A DNA stretch of 64,000 nt, from the NCBI RefSeq assembly GCF_963921235.1, contig NC_086097.1, forward strand, positions 181,724,001 through 181,788,000, read 5' to 3'. This document shows, piece by piece, positions 1 through 12,740 of the stretch. Below the pieces are notes generated by a model. The model saw nothing but the letters and a program-made list of their open reading frames with translations, was not told the DNA's origin and did no database searches. This stretch comes from Mobula hypostoma (taxonomy: Eukaryota). Each line of letters opens with the position of its first letter. The first letter of the stretch is position 1. The translations under genes and the position numbers were made by a program.

Positions 1-600
1 AAAGTATCCAATCTGCTACCTGCCTTCCACTTCCTGGATGGTCGAAAACACGGCACATCTCAGCAGTGAATTCTTCATATTTATTGCAAAAAGTGGTTTT
101 ATTGTCCCAGTTAGTGGCGGCCTAGGTCAGAGCTTGACCAGTCAGCACAGAGATGATGAAGGCAACCTTGGCTTGGTTTGTAGAATACAAAGATGGCTGA
201 AGCTTGACGTGTAAGACACACTGGGATGGGTGTGGCATCAGGTTGGGGATCCATTGAAGCAGTTGGGCATCAGAATCTGGGGCTCCGAGGGACGAGGTTG
301 ACTTGCACAGGATCGTGCACTCCTGTCAATGGACAACTTCCTTCAGGTGAATGTACTCCGCTGGGTCAACCATTGGTTCTCCCTTCCTGTCAGAAAATGG
401 AGAAGAAGCTTGACCCAAAAGCAGAGTAGTGGTGACGACATAGCAGTAAATTATATTTTACTAATAAACTGCAAAAAAACAAGGGATGAGGGACCACAAA
501 ACAAGAGAGAACACATACTTCACACAACAGGGCAACAAGGTAACAAGGCTAGGAGCAATGGTTGAGGCTGGCTGGTTCACTGGGTGAACAAGGACTGAGA
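1..600 (-). mobile_element. Ty3/Gypsy LTR retrotransposon remnant: partial LTR (388 to about 600) and decayed gag running off the window
   Basis: On the minus strand the LTR-like end ...TGACA at 388 is followed by ATG GTT GAC CCA GCG. Downstream translation KVAFIISVLTGQALT*AATNWDN...YEEFTAEMCRVFDHP resembles retrotransposon gag and contains a stop. Confidence 0.7.
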
Positions 601-1220
601 GTAAGCAGCTTCAAGTTCCTGAGTATCAACATAGGAGCAGGAGTAGGCCTTCTGACCTGTTCAGCCTGCTCCACCATTTAATAAGATTATGGCTGATCTG
701 GCTCCATCTACCTGCCTTTTTGGCATAAACTTGCTATATAAAATCTGTATCTTAAATATAGTTAATGAGTTAGCCTCTACTATTCACTGGGCAGAGATTC
801 ACTGCTCTCTGGGAAAAGCAATTTCTCCTCATCTCCATTATAAATCCAGTCCCCTGATCTTTTGGCTCTGTTTCCTACTTCTAGCCTCACTTACCAGTGA
901 AAACAATTATTCTGCCTCTGTCAAATATCCCTCTCATAACTTTTTATATTTTCATAAGACTCTCTCTCATTCGTCTGAATTCCAGTGATTATAATCCCAG
1001 GTGACTGAATTCTCTCTTCATGGACTAACTTTATCATCTTTGGAATCAACCTGGGGAACCTCCTCTGCACCACCTCAAGTGCTAGTATATATTTCCTCAA
1101 TTGAGACCAGAACTGCACTCAGTATTCTAGGTGTGGTCTCATTAGTACCACACACAGTTGCAGCATAAGCATAACCTTCCCCTTCTTAAACTCAATTCCA
1201 CTAGCAATGAAGGCCAACGT
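600..1220 (-). mobile_element. CR1 LINE 3' fragment (decayed)
   Basis: Translates to EY-VQFWS...ILALEVVQRRFPRLIP, the typical CR1 ORF2 C-terminus. Confidence 0.75.
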
Positions 1221-1221
1221 T

Positions 1222-2580
1222 CAGGAAGGGAACCATGGATAATCCTGAAAACTGGTGAGTCACATGTTAGTAACTGGAGAGAATTCTTTGGGTTGGGATT
1301 TATGAACATTTGGAAAGCTACTGCCTAACTAGGAACAGTCAGCATGGCTTTGTGTGGGGCAAGTCAGGTTGAGTTTTTTGATGAAGTGACGAGGTTGATT
1401 GATGAAAGTAGAGTTGTGTATATTGTCATGTTGTCCGGGTGGATTTTAGTGAGGTGTTTGACAAGGTCCTTCATGGGAGGCTCATCCAGAAGCTTTAGAT
1501 GCATGGGATCCATTGTGAATTTGCCTTTCGGATTCAGAACTGGCTTGCCCGTAGAAGACAGGGTAGTGGTCAAAGGGACTTCTAGCTGGAGGTATGTGAT
1601 TAGTGTTGTTCTGCAGGGATTTGTACAAGGACCTCTGCTATTTGTCATGTATATAAATGACCCGGTAAAAATGTAGATGGGGGGAGGGTTTGTAAGTTTG
1701 TAGATAATATTAAGGTTGATGGTGTTGGTACTGAAGAAAATTGGCAAAGCATACAGTGGGATATAGATCAGTTATAGGTATGGGTAGAGAAATGGCAGAT
1801 GGAAATTAACCTGACCAAAAGAGACAGTACACTATTAAAGACAAGACCCTTAACAGTGTTGATAAGAAGAGAGATCTTGGGGTCCAATTTCATAGTTACT
1901 TGAAAGTGGCTACACAGCTTGATAGGGTGGTGAAGACGACATGTGGCATGCTTACCTTTATGAGTCAAGGCATTGAGTTCAAAAGTCAGAATCTTGCAGC
2001 TTAATAAAACTCTAGCTGGGCTGAATCTGGAGTGTTGCCTACAGTTCTGGTCGCCCCCATTATAGGAAGGATGTTGAGGCTATGGGAGGATACAGAAGAG
2101 GTTTACCAGGATGTCGCCTGGATTAGACGGGATGTGCTATAAGAAGAGGTTGAACACACTTGGGTTGTTTTCATTGGAGCAGCCGAGGCTGAGGGGAGAT
2201 CTGACAGAAGTTTTTAAGATTATGAGAGGCATAGACAGAGTGGACGGACAGAATCTGCTTCCCACGGTTGAAATGTCTAATACCAGAGGGCATACACTGA
2301 AAGTGAGAGGAGGTAATTTCAAAGGAGGTGTGGGGGGCAAGTTTTTACACAGAGAGTGGTGGGTACCTGGAAAAGGCTGCCTGGGGTGGTGGTACAGGCA
2401 GATACATTAGAGTTTTTTAAGAGACGTTTAGATAGCTACATGAATGTGAAGAAAATGGAAGGATATGAACGTTGTGTAGACAGAGGGGATTAGTTTAGTT
2501 GGCTATTTGATTACTAATTTAATTGGTTCAGCACAACATTGTGGGCTGAAGGGCCTGTTCCTGTGCTGTACTGTTCTAAT
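1222..2580 (+). mobile_element. CR1 LINE RT-to-3' end (decayed)
   Basis: QGFVQGPLLFVMYIND and LGLFSLEQPRLRGDLTEVFKIMRGIDRVD motifs; 3' tail ...cctgttcctgtgctgtactgttct. Confidence 0.85.
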
Positions 2581-3444
2581 AATATTCCATCTGACTTCTT
2601 GATAACATATTGCTCTGACACACCAAACTTATTTGATTCATTCACAAGCACTCCCAAGTCCCACTGTACAACAGCATGCGACATTCTTTCATCATTTAAT
2701 AATTTGATCTTCTATTTTCCCTTCCAAAGTGGATAACTTCACATTTTCCAACACTGTACTTCATCTGTCCCACTCCGTTAACTTATAGATAAATAGATAG
2801 ATACACTATTTATCCCAAAGGAAATTACAATGCCACAGTAGCATTACAAGTGCACAGATTTAAATATATATTAGAAGTAGAAAGAATAAAAAATAAGTTA
2901 CCACAAAGAGTCTAACCGGAGGAGGTCATCACTCTGCAGACTGTCCACATCCTCTGCTCAATTTGTTTTTCCACTTCATTTAGTGTCATCAGCAAACTCT
3001 GTACCCTCTTACAAGTCATTAATGCACATTGTGAACAGTTGCAATCTCTGTGGCACTCCACTCGACACTGACTGCCAACTAGAGAAACTCCATTTACCCC
3101 AACTCTCTGCCTTCTATTGGTTAAGCAATCCACTGTCCATGCTAATACATTAGCCCCCTACTCCATGAATCCTTGTCTTATGGATAAGTCTTCCATGTGC
3201 CACATTATTGAATGCCTTCTGGAAATCCAAATTTACAACATCCACCTGTTCCCCTCTTTGATATATAATGACTGCAATGGTGTGCTCATTACACCCTCAA
3301 AAAACTCCAGTTTTTTGTCAGATAGGACCTGTCCTTCATGAATCCATGCTGCATCTGCCTGATGGAACCATTTCCATCCAGACGTCTCACTATTTCCTCT
3401 TTCATGATAGTTTCAAGCACTTCCCCCAAATATAGATGTTAAGT

Positions 3445-4020
3445 GAAGAACACCTATCCTGGGCCCAACACATTAACGCAATCATGAAGGTGGTATGCCA
3501 GTTGCTGTACTTCATTCGGAGTTTGAGGACATTTGGTATGTTACCAAAGACTAGCAAATTTCTACAGATTTACAGTGGAGAGCATTCTGAATGATTGCAC
3601 CACAGCCTGGCAATAGGGGCTCCAATGCACAGGATCACAAGAGGCTGCAGAGGGTTGTAAATTCGGCCAGTTCCATCATAGCCAAAACTGTTCTCCCCAC
3701 TGAGAACAACTTTAAGAGGTGGATCCTCAAGAAGACAACATCCATCTTTTAGGACCCTCACCATCAGAGACAGGCTTTCTTTCATTACTATCATCAGGCA
3801 AGAGGTACAGGAGCCTGTGGACCCACAATCAACACTTTAGAAACAGCTTCTTAACCACCACCCCCCCCCCCACATCATATTTTTGGTCCATGAACACTAA
3901 CTATTTTTTATTTACTGTTTTGCAATATTTATCATATAATGATGTCTGTCTTGCACTACTGTTGCCGTAAAACAACAATTTCACAATATACGGTATGCCA
4001 GTAATAAAACCTGATTCTAA
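3445..4020 (+). mobile_element. Rex1/Babar-type LINE 3' fragment
   Basis: ESIL..CT..W and LLSSGKRYRSL motifs; ends aataaaacctgattct. Confidence 0.7.
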
Positions 4021-4157
4021 TTCAGAAAGTGGCACAGAGTTAGCCAGTCGTTGTCAGGAATGACAGTGAGGTGTGGACTGCAATCATTGTTCTTACCTCG
4101 ACAGAGGGAGAGATGTCTAGTTGGAGGGGTGGCTGCTGCAACTAAAGCAAATTCATA

Positions 4158-4290
4158 AGGGGGGGAGGGGAGAGAGGGAGAGGGAAGGGGGGAGAGGGGG
4201 AAGAGGGGGAGGGGAGGGAAGAGGGGGGAGGGGGGAGGGGGAGGGGGAGGGGTAGAGGGGGGGAGGGAATGAGAATGAGAATGGGAGAGG
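4158..4290. repeat. G/A-rich polypurine low-complexity tract
   Basis: Runs of G separated by A, followed by (GAGAAT)n-like units. Confidence 0.9.
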
Positions 4291-4929
4291 GAATGCAAAT
4301 GCTGGAAATCCAAACAAAACACAAAATGCTGGAGGAACTGAGCAGGCTGGGTCGATGGAAAAGAGTACTGTTGATGTCAGCCCAAAACCCTTAGACAGGC
4401 AGATAGATCCGACAGCTGTGCCCACTGTCTTGATGTTTTGATCTCCTGCAACACTTCAGAAGGCAACATCGGTGAGGAATCGGGTCATCCACAGGTCTGC
4501 ACCCCGAAGGTGCATGTTTTCCGAGCCACTCCTGGAGACCGGAAACATAAGCCGCTTGGCAAGTTTTCCTAAACTGTGGTGAAATAATGGGATAGATAGC
4601 CCTTCAACCTATCAAGTCTATCCCAATCTCTTTCTTGTGCCTATTAACTCCACTCTGAACCTCCTACTAGCCACCTATATTAGAGGCAATTTACAAAACT
4701 CGATGAACCATCAATGTGGTTTAGAGATGTGGTAAGGCACCAGAGGACCAGGAGGACTCCATATAGAAAGTGCCAGAGATCAGAATTGAACTGGCTTATG
4801 AGACATTTGCACCCTAGCTGAAGCAAACAAATAGATGATTTTGATGAGCTTCATGCGGCAAAGACTGCAACATATATACCAATTTTATGGCAAGTATTTT
4901 CATAGTGATATGCAAAGCACCGCATGCTT

Positions 4930-5440
4930 TTTGATAAAATAATGAGTGAGGTTGACGAGGATAGGGCAGTGGATGTTGTCTGCATGGATTTTAGTAAGGC
5001 ATTTGACAAAGTACCTCTTGGGACGCAAATCCCGAAGATTAAGATGCATGGGGTCCGTAGCAAATTGGCTGTTTGGATTCAGAACTGACTTTTGCATAAA
5101 AAACAGAGGGTAGTGGTTGAAGGGACTTACTCGAGCTTAGGTCTGTACTTAGTGTTCTGCAGGGATCTGTGCTGGGACCTCTGCTGTTTGTGATGTATAT
5201 AAAAGACCTGGATGAAAATGTAGATGGGTGGGTTAGTAAGTTTGCAGATGATACCAAGATTGGTAGAGTTGTGGATAGTGTAGAAGATTGGCAAAGAATA
5301 CAGAGTGATATAGATCAGTTGCAGATATGGAAGATGGAGTCTAACCCAAATAAATGTGAGCTGTTGGACCTTGGTAGGGCAAATGCAAAGACACATTACA
5401 GTGTTAATGGCAAAATCCTTAACAGTGTTGCTAAGCTGAT
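4930..5440 (+). mobile_element. CR1 RT fragment interrupted by the L1; a CR1 3' tail resumes at about 10597-10660
   Basis: MDFSKAFDKV and LGPLLFVMYIKDLD...SKFADDTKIG motifs. Confidence 0.8.
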
Positions 5441-5445
5441 AGAGG

Positions 5446-8400
5446 TTTCCTTTTTCAATATTTTTATTAATGTATATATATAAGAATACAGAGTACAGGA
5501 AAAAATGTCAATACATTAAACTAAATCACATATAAAGACTCCTTACCCTATATTCGTACAAGTCAATTAGTTCATAACACTGAAAAATAATAATTTTATT
5601 AACCCACTACCAAGACGGAAGCTGATTAGTTAAAAAAAAGAAAGAAAAAAGATTGTTAGTCATCATCTGTGCTTAACAGCAAATCAAAGGTTTTGAAAAT
5701 AATTCAGAAAAGGTCCCCACAATGTTTGAAAGTCTTGATTAGATTCAAAGTTTGAACATCGAATCTTTTCTAAATTTAAACATGACATAACCATTAGGCG
5801 TGAATAGGTGGGGCCACATCTTTCCATTTAAGCAAAAGCATCCTTCTGGCCATAAGAGACACAAAAGTCAAAATGTGCAAATCAAATGGCTCCAAAATAA
5901 TATCCTTTCCTCCAACAATACCAAATAAAGCAGTCAAAGGATTAGGCTTGAAATTTACTTTAAAAAGTATCGAAAAGGTTTGAAATACTTCTTCCCAATA
6001 TTTTCCAAGACTCGGACATGTCCAAAACATATGAATGAGTGAAGCTTCTCCATTATTACATTTATCACAATACGGAGATATATCTAAATAAAAATGAGAC
6101 AACTTATCCTTAGGCATATAGGCCCTATGGACCACTTTAAATTGAAGGAGAGAGTGACAGGCACATAACGATGAGGTGTTGACCAATTTAAAAATTTTAT
6201 TCCAAGTTTCCTCAGAAATTGAAATCTGTAAATCTTATTCCCAAAAATTTTTAATTTTATCTATAGGAACACTTGTCATTCCCAACAGCATATTATAAAT
6301 ATTAGATATAGATCCATTATAAAAAGGTTTCATATTAAAGATTACATCTAGTAGGTTCTCATCAGGACTTTCAGGAAGTGTACTTATTTGAGACCGTAAA
6401 AAATCTCTTATTTGTAGATATCGAAAAAATGCATTTTGGGTAAACTATATTTATTTGACACTTGTTCAAACGAAAAAAGACTTCCCTCTACAAACAAGTC
6501 CCGAAAGCATTTAATACATAATCTATTCCATTCTTTAAAAGCCACATCAATCATAGAGGGTTTAAAAAGTAATTAGAAAAAATGGGACTCCAAAGAGAAA
6601 ATCTCAATAAACCAAAATACTTTTGGAATTGCATCCAAATCCTCACAGTGTATTTAACTACCAGATTATCAGTTAACTTACTCAAAGACAAAGGAAGTGA
6701 GGATCCAAGAAGAGAAATAATAGAGAATTTATTAACAGAATTAGCTTCTGAAAAACCCCACATCGGGCAATCCTCACGATTTATATAATATAACCAAAAT
6801 GTAAGATTTCTTATATTAACTGCCCAATAATAAAATCTAAAATTTGGTAAGGCTAATCCTCCATTCTTTTTATCTTTCTGAAGATGAATTTTATTTAATC
6901 TAGAACACGTATTCTTCCATATATAAGAAGACATAATAGAGTCAAGAGAACCAAAAGAGGTTTTAGGAATGAAAACCGGCAATGCATGAAAATGATATAT
7001 AAATTTAGGTAATATATTCATTTTGATAGAGTTAATTCGACCAATTAATGATAACAAAAGAGGCGACCAATTTGATAGTATTATTTTTACATGATTCAAT
7101 AGAGTAAGAAAATTTTCTTTAAATAGACATCTATAATTTTTAGTGATTGTTACACCTAAATAGGTAACTTGGTTTCTTACCATTTTAAAAGGAAAGTTAG
7201 AATTTATTGGTATCAAATTGTTCGAAGGGAAAAGTTCACTTTTATGTAGGTTTAATTTATAACCTGAAAACTGGCTAAAACAGGAGAGTAAGGAAAGCAC
7301 ATGGGGTAATGAAGTCTCAACATTAGAAATAAATAACAGCAAATCATCAGCATACAATGAGACTCTATGAATAGTGTCTCTCCTTAAAATACTGGTGATA
7401 TCATTAGATTCTCGAAAAGCAATGGCTAAAGGTTCTAAGGCCAGATCAAGAAGCAAAGGGCTCAACGGACAACCTTGTCTAGTGCCACGTTGAAGCTTAA
7501 ATGGTTTGGACTTATGAAAATTAGTGATAACCCTAGCAGAAGGGGCTAAATAAAGTAATTTAATCCATTGAATGAAAACAGGTCCAAAATTAAATTTTTC
7601 TAAAGTTTTAAATAAATAATTCCATTCAACTCTGTCAAAAGCCTTCTCAGCATCTTGGGATACCACACATTCCGATACCATGTTAGAAGGAGAATAAATA
7701 ACATTTAATAACTGGCGAATATTAAAGTGAGAATATTGATTTTTGATAAATCCAGTTTGGTTATCAGAAATGACAGACGGTAAAATATTTTCAATCCTAT
7801 GGGCCAAAACTTTAGTTAAGATCTTAGCATCAACGTTAAGTAAAGAAATTGATCTCTAAGAAGAGCATTCAGTTGGATTCTTATTCTTTTTAAGAATGAG
7901 CGAAATGGAAGCCTCATAAAAAGATTGAGGAAGTCTGCCCAACTTAAATGAATCCAAAAAAAACTGAACATGAATGAGGTATAAGCAGTGAGAAAAAGAT
8001 CTTGTAAAATTCTCCAGAAAATCCACCTGGACCCGGAGCTTTCTTCAAACGTAATGAGTGCACAGCCTCAACAATTTTCTCAAAAGAAATAGGTTGTTCC
8101 AACAATTTTCTGTTGTTGGCAGAAATTGTAGGAATATCTAGTTGATCTAAAAAATTGCTCATTACAGTATCATCCTTAGAAGATTCAGAACTATAAAGTT
8201 TAGAGTAAAATTCTCTGAAAGTATCTTTTATTAATATAAAGTTGACTTTTATCTTTTAGGAGTTGGGTTTCAATTGGATAAGTTAAAAGAAGATCATATT
8301 TAGTTTTAATTTCAACATGTCTTTTATATAAAGCAGGTTCTGGAGCCAAGGTATACTCTTGGTCTAACTGTTTCAGCTGATTACCTAAATCACTTCTCTA

Positions 8401-10585
8401 TTACCTTTCCTCTTAATACTTGCAGTATAAGAAATAATTTGTCCTCTAATATACGCCTTAAAGGCATCCCATCTGATAAGACTGGAAGTCTCCTCTAACT
8501 AATTCCCTTCCAAAAAAAAAGGTAATTTGTCTCTCCACAAACTTTAAAAAACCTTTATCAGATAACAAAGTTAGATTAAATTGCTAAAATCTATTTGTTT
8601 GAAGAAGACCAGGAAGATTTAAAGATAGAAACACAGGAACGTGATCTGAAACAGCAATGTCTTTATATTCACAGGATCAAACTAATGGAATAATTCGGCT
8701 ATCAATAAAAAACATCAATCCTGGAATATGTATGATGAACATGAGAAAAATTGAAAATTCCTTATCTGCTGGATGAAAAAAAAATACCAGGCATCAACAA
8801 TGCCACATTTAATTTAAAAAGATTTAATAAACACAGCTCATTTATTTGGTATCATTGGTTTAAAAGATGAACAAACTAAAACTGGATCTAAGCAACAATT
8901 AAAGTCTCCACCCATCACCAATGAGTACAGACTTAGATCTGGCAAAAATGGAAAAAAAATGCTCAGGAAACCTGGGTCATCTATATTCGGAGCATATACA
9001 TTGGCAAATACCATTAATTTGTTATTTAGTTTCCCTGATACTATAACAAAATGCCCGTTAGTTTCAGAAATTGCTTTATGTTGAACAAAGGGAACATTAT
9101 TATCTATGAGGATCGAAACCCCCCTAGCTTTAGTCTGAAATGAAGAATGAAAATGAGATCCTCTCCATCAATAAAAAAGCGTGAATTATCACACTTACGT
9201 ACATGTGTTTCTTGAAGAAAAACAACGGGTACCTTAAGTTTTTTAATATAGGCAAAAATCTTATTTATTTTCACGGGGTGATTTAATCCTTTTACGTTAA
9301 AACTAAGTAAATTAATACTTTGATCCATTTTAAGGCTCTTTATAAGAAAGATTAAAATAGCAATCAGAAAAATATATATCAAACCCAAATAATAAACCTT
9401 GAAATATATTAACTAAGCAACAGAATTGACTAGTTTCCCAAATCAGTTTCAAGAAAAAAAGACTCCCCATCCCTCCTCCCCCTCCCAAAGAGAGAAACTC
9501 GGTCATAGAGCAACTGATATCTCCTTCCCCTAAATACATTCCCTTAGAAAGCCTGTTGGAACCGCTCCAAGAATTCAAGGTTATTTAATATTCCAACCAA
9601 GACTAAATAAAATACAGTGAGGAACAAGCTTAGATGGGTTTATCAAACAGAAATAACAATTATTCATACTAAAATATTAAAGTCATTTTTAACATGTAGT
9701 ATTTCTGTTTTGCAAGATTTTTAGTCTATTCAATATATATACATACATTCTTTTTTTTTAAGTCTATAAATTCTTGTGCCTGTTCCTTCGTATAAAACCA
9801 TTTAAATGATCCATCTTCCAATGTAATCCTCAGTCGAACCGGAGAACGAACAGAGGGTTTAAAATTTTGACTGTATGACTCCGTCATAACTTTTTTGAAC
9901 TTAGAACATTCTGCCATAACTTGAACAATACGTACCTTTTGATCTTGGTAGTCAATCATACCTTTGAATCATAGCTCGAATCAGACGATCCTTTATTTGA
10001 AATTCATGGAAACATATAATGACTGATCTTGGTTTAGATTTTGAAGCCTATCCATACATAGGTGACCTGTGAGCATGATCAATCAAAGGCAGAGACTTTA
10101 TAATATCAGGGAATAGTTCCATCAATAGATTTGTAAAGAATTCTTTAGGATTATCTCCTTCCGTTTGTTCTTTAAGTCCCAAGATTCGTAAGTTGTTCCT
10201 CCTACTTCTGTTTTCCAAATCAACAATCTTCTGTCTCATCATTTTATTGGTTTTAAATTGTTTTTCATATAGCTTGTGCATATCATCCATTCTCCAGTCC
10301 AGTAAAGTAATAACATCTTCATGTTCCTTTATCTTCTTATCATGTTCGGTTAGAATTGCTTGACTATCTTCTGGTTTCATACCTATCTGTTTAATTTCAG
10401 TGCTGATTTATTTTCTAAACTTTTGAAACTCCTCAGTAAGTTTTTGAATTGAACTTGTAATAGCTTCCAAACCTGTTTTAGTAGGCATATTAAAATAATA
10501 TCCCGTCTAACAATAATATTTCAAAAGGTTAGGGAGAAAAGTAGGTAAATTAGGAGCAGCAGTAGAGAGCTGTTACTCCATCGGC
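5446..10585 (-). mobile_element. Near full-length degenerate L1-clade LINE (ORF1 about 10488-9726; ORF2 EN about 9330, RT 7807-6551, CCHC region about 6186-5794)
   Basis: ORF1 LENRSRRNNLRILGLKE; endonuclease INLLSFNVKGLNHPVK..FLQETH; RT DAEKAFDRVEW, GTRQGCPLSPLL, YADDLL; C-terminal CDKC...H.FWTC; AATAAA and A-rich tail at about 5446-5468. Frameshifted. Confidence 0.92.
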
Positions 10586-11499
10586 GATTTGCTTTTTAGC
10601 TGGTTCAGCACAACATTGCAGGCTGAATGGCCTGTTCCTGTGCTGTACTGCACTGTCTTGTTTTATGCAGGAACAGCCAGTTTTATCAAGTTGAAACTTG
10701 CCTCTAAGAACAAACAGAGGAGGAAAACAGTAGTGGATGGGTGAGGGAGGTGTACAACTATCAAATTATCCTGTAAGCACTGTTGGAAAAAGTCTTAGTA
10801 TCCAGATGTGGGCATCCATCTTGATTCTATATTTAGATATCTTTATTTCCTGTATAAATACTCTTGTAAAACAAGTGCTGAGCCCAAGTAGCAAGTTAGG
10901 GCTTTAAATATGCATATATTATTTCATTCTCGATAAACTGAAAGTTGATGGATTATAACTCTTTTTAATAATTGAAATTTACAGAACACAAGCTAAGATA
11001 ACACTACAAAAATAACAGTCCAGAAATGAAATTAAATAAATATTCATCGGGCTGCACCTGTATTAAAAAATCATTGCTTTGCAATGACAGCCTTTTATTT
11101 GGTTCTCTGCTGTGCAAATGTAACCTGGACTCCAAGAAACGGTGAAAGAAAACAAGAATCAGGACCAATTAGCTGAACATGTAGTGAAAAATGACAGGTT
11201 CCATTGTTAGCAATATGGTTTCAGCATATTTTTTTAAAAAATTATTTGATTCTCATAGCTTCTTTATGAACATAAGTATATTTGAGTACAAAGGATTTGA
11301 AGATGTAATTCCCAGCATAGGAAAGAGCAATTGGTGGATATATTGTATGCAGAATTTCAAAAGGTGACTGACAAGATGCTGCACAATTTGCAAGGTTGGT
11401 GATAACGTTTCAATGTGGAGAGGGGACAGGTCAAAGGACAAAAACATGGAGCCAAGGTAAATGGGCAGTCATTGGTGGGGTATCACTACAATCAATTCC

Positions 11500-11725
11500 T
11501 GGCTCTCTTACTGCCTGTTACACCGCTGGTGTTTAGGGCAGCAATAAACGTCCTCCATTTCTGTCTGTTTAGATTCTGGTCTGGCTTCTACCCTTTGACC
11601 TATTTGGCATGGGTGACCCTACCAAGAACCAAAGCATAAGGCCCCGACTCCAGCCAACATAACTTTCCAGGTCATTGAGGCATGCAAGTTTCCAAACCCT
11701 ACAAGATTGTAGTCTTCTTGGAGGT
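11500..11725 (-). mobile_element. Short bipartite RTE-derived non-autonomous element (5' UTR joined to 3' end)
   Basis: The minus strand reads cttgcatgcctcaatgacc...ggtagggtcacccatgcc...ggtcaaagggtagaagccagac (RTE/Expander-type 5' UTR), directly followed by ggaggacgtttattgctgccct...acaggcagtaag (RTE-type 3' end). Recognised from memory of consensus sequences. Confidence 0.55.
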
Positions 11726-11879
11726 CTGGGTTCTCAGATGTTAAGAATAGACAACATAAATACAAATTCCAAGAATTTGGATGAAAAGTGAACTCAGAAG
11801 ACAGGCATCACAGGGAAAGGTAGATAAGTAAAGAGGTGTTGGATGGAATAAAATATGAGAATATGCACTTTGGTGAGAA

Positions 11880-12740
11880 GTAATTGATTTATTATCACAT
11901 GTACCAAGGTGTATGGAGAAAGTGCAATGCAGACAGACAATAAGGTGCAAGGTCAAGATGAGGTATATTGTGAGGTCAAGAGCCCATCTTATTGTACAAG
12001 AGGTCCTTTCGATAGTCTTACAACAGTGGTGTAGAAACTGTCCTTCTGCCTGGTGATACGTGCTTTCAGACTTTGGTATCTTCTGCCCAACGCGAGTGCA
12101 GAGCAGAAAGGATGTCCAGGGTGGGAGGGAACTTGGATAATTCTAGCTACAAGAATCCATTGAGGGGAGATAGCTGTGTTCATAACTCCCTGCAGTTTCT
12201 TGCAGTTACGGGCAGAGTAGTTGCCATACCAAGCTGTGATGCATTTGGATAGGATGCTTTCCATACTGTATTAATAAAAATTGGTGAGGGGCAGCAGGAA
12301 TTTGCCAAATTTCCTTGGTCTTCTGAAAAAGTAGAAGCACTATTGTTCTTTCTTAAGTATGGCGTCCATGTAGTTGGACTAGGATAAACTATTGGTTATG
12401 TTTACACTTAGGAACTTGAAGCTGTCAACTACCTTCATCTCAGCACCATTGATGCAAATTTTCTAAAATGTATTGGTGTCCTTCAATGTCAGTATGCCAT
12501 TAAGCTATCTCCTTTCTACACTCTGACTCATCATTGAGATAACCCACCCTGGTGGTGTCACCTGCAAATTTGCACATGAAGTTCAAAATGAATGGGCTAC
12601 ACAGTGTATACGGAATAAAGTAGAGGGCAGAGGATGCAATCTTGTGGGTCATCAGTGTTGAGGATTATCAGTGCAGAGATGTTGCTGCCTATACTTAGTG
12701 ATTGCAGATGATTGGTCAGGAAGACAAGGATCCTGTTACA
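11880..12740 (-). mobile_element. Rex1/Babar-type LINE 3' fragment
   Basis: PQDCILCPLLY, ESILSKCITAWYGN and GRRYQSLK motifs. Confidence 0.75.

Noticed and set aside
1..373. Domesticated gag gene (PEG10/RTL-like)
   Set aside because: It has in-frame stops and an adjacent LTR end, so it is a decayed Gypsy copy.
4017..4425. Proline-rich ORFs
   Set aside because: Translation artefacts of the G-rich low-complexity tract.
6551..7807. 418-aa RT ORF as an active element or prokaryotic-type RT system
   Set aside because: It is part of an L1 ORF2 broken by frameshifts and stops on both sides.
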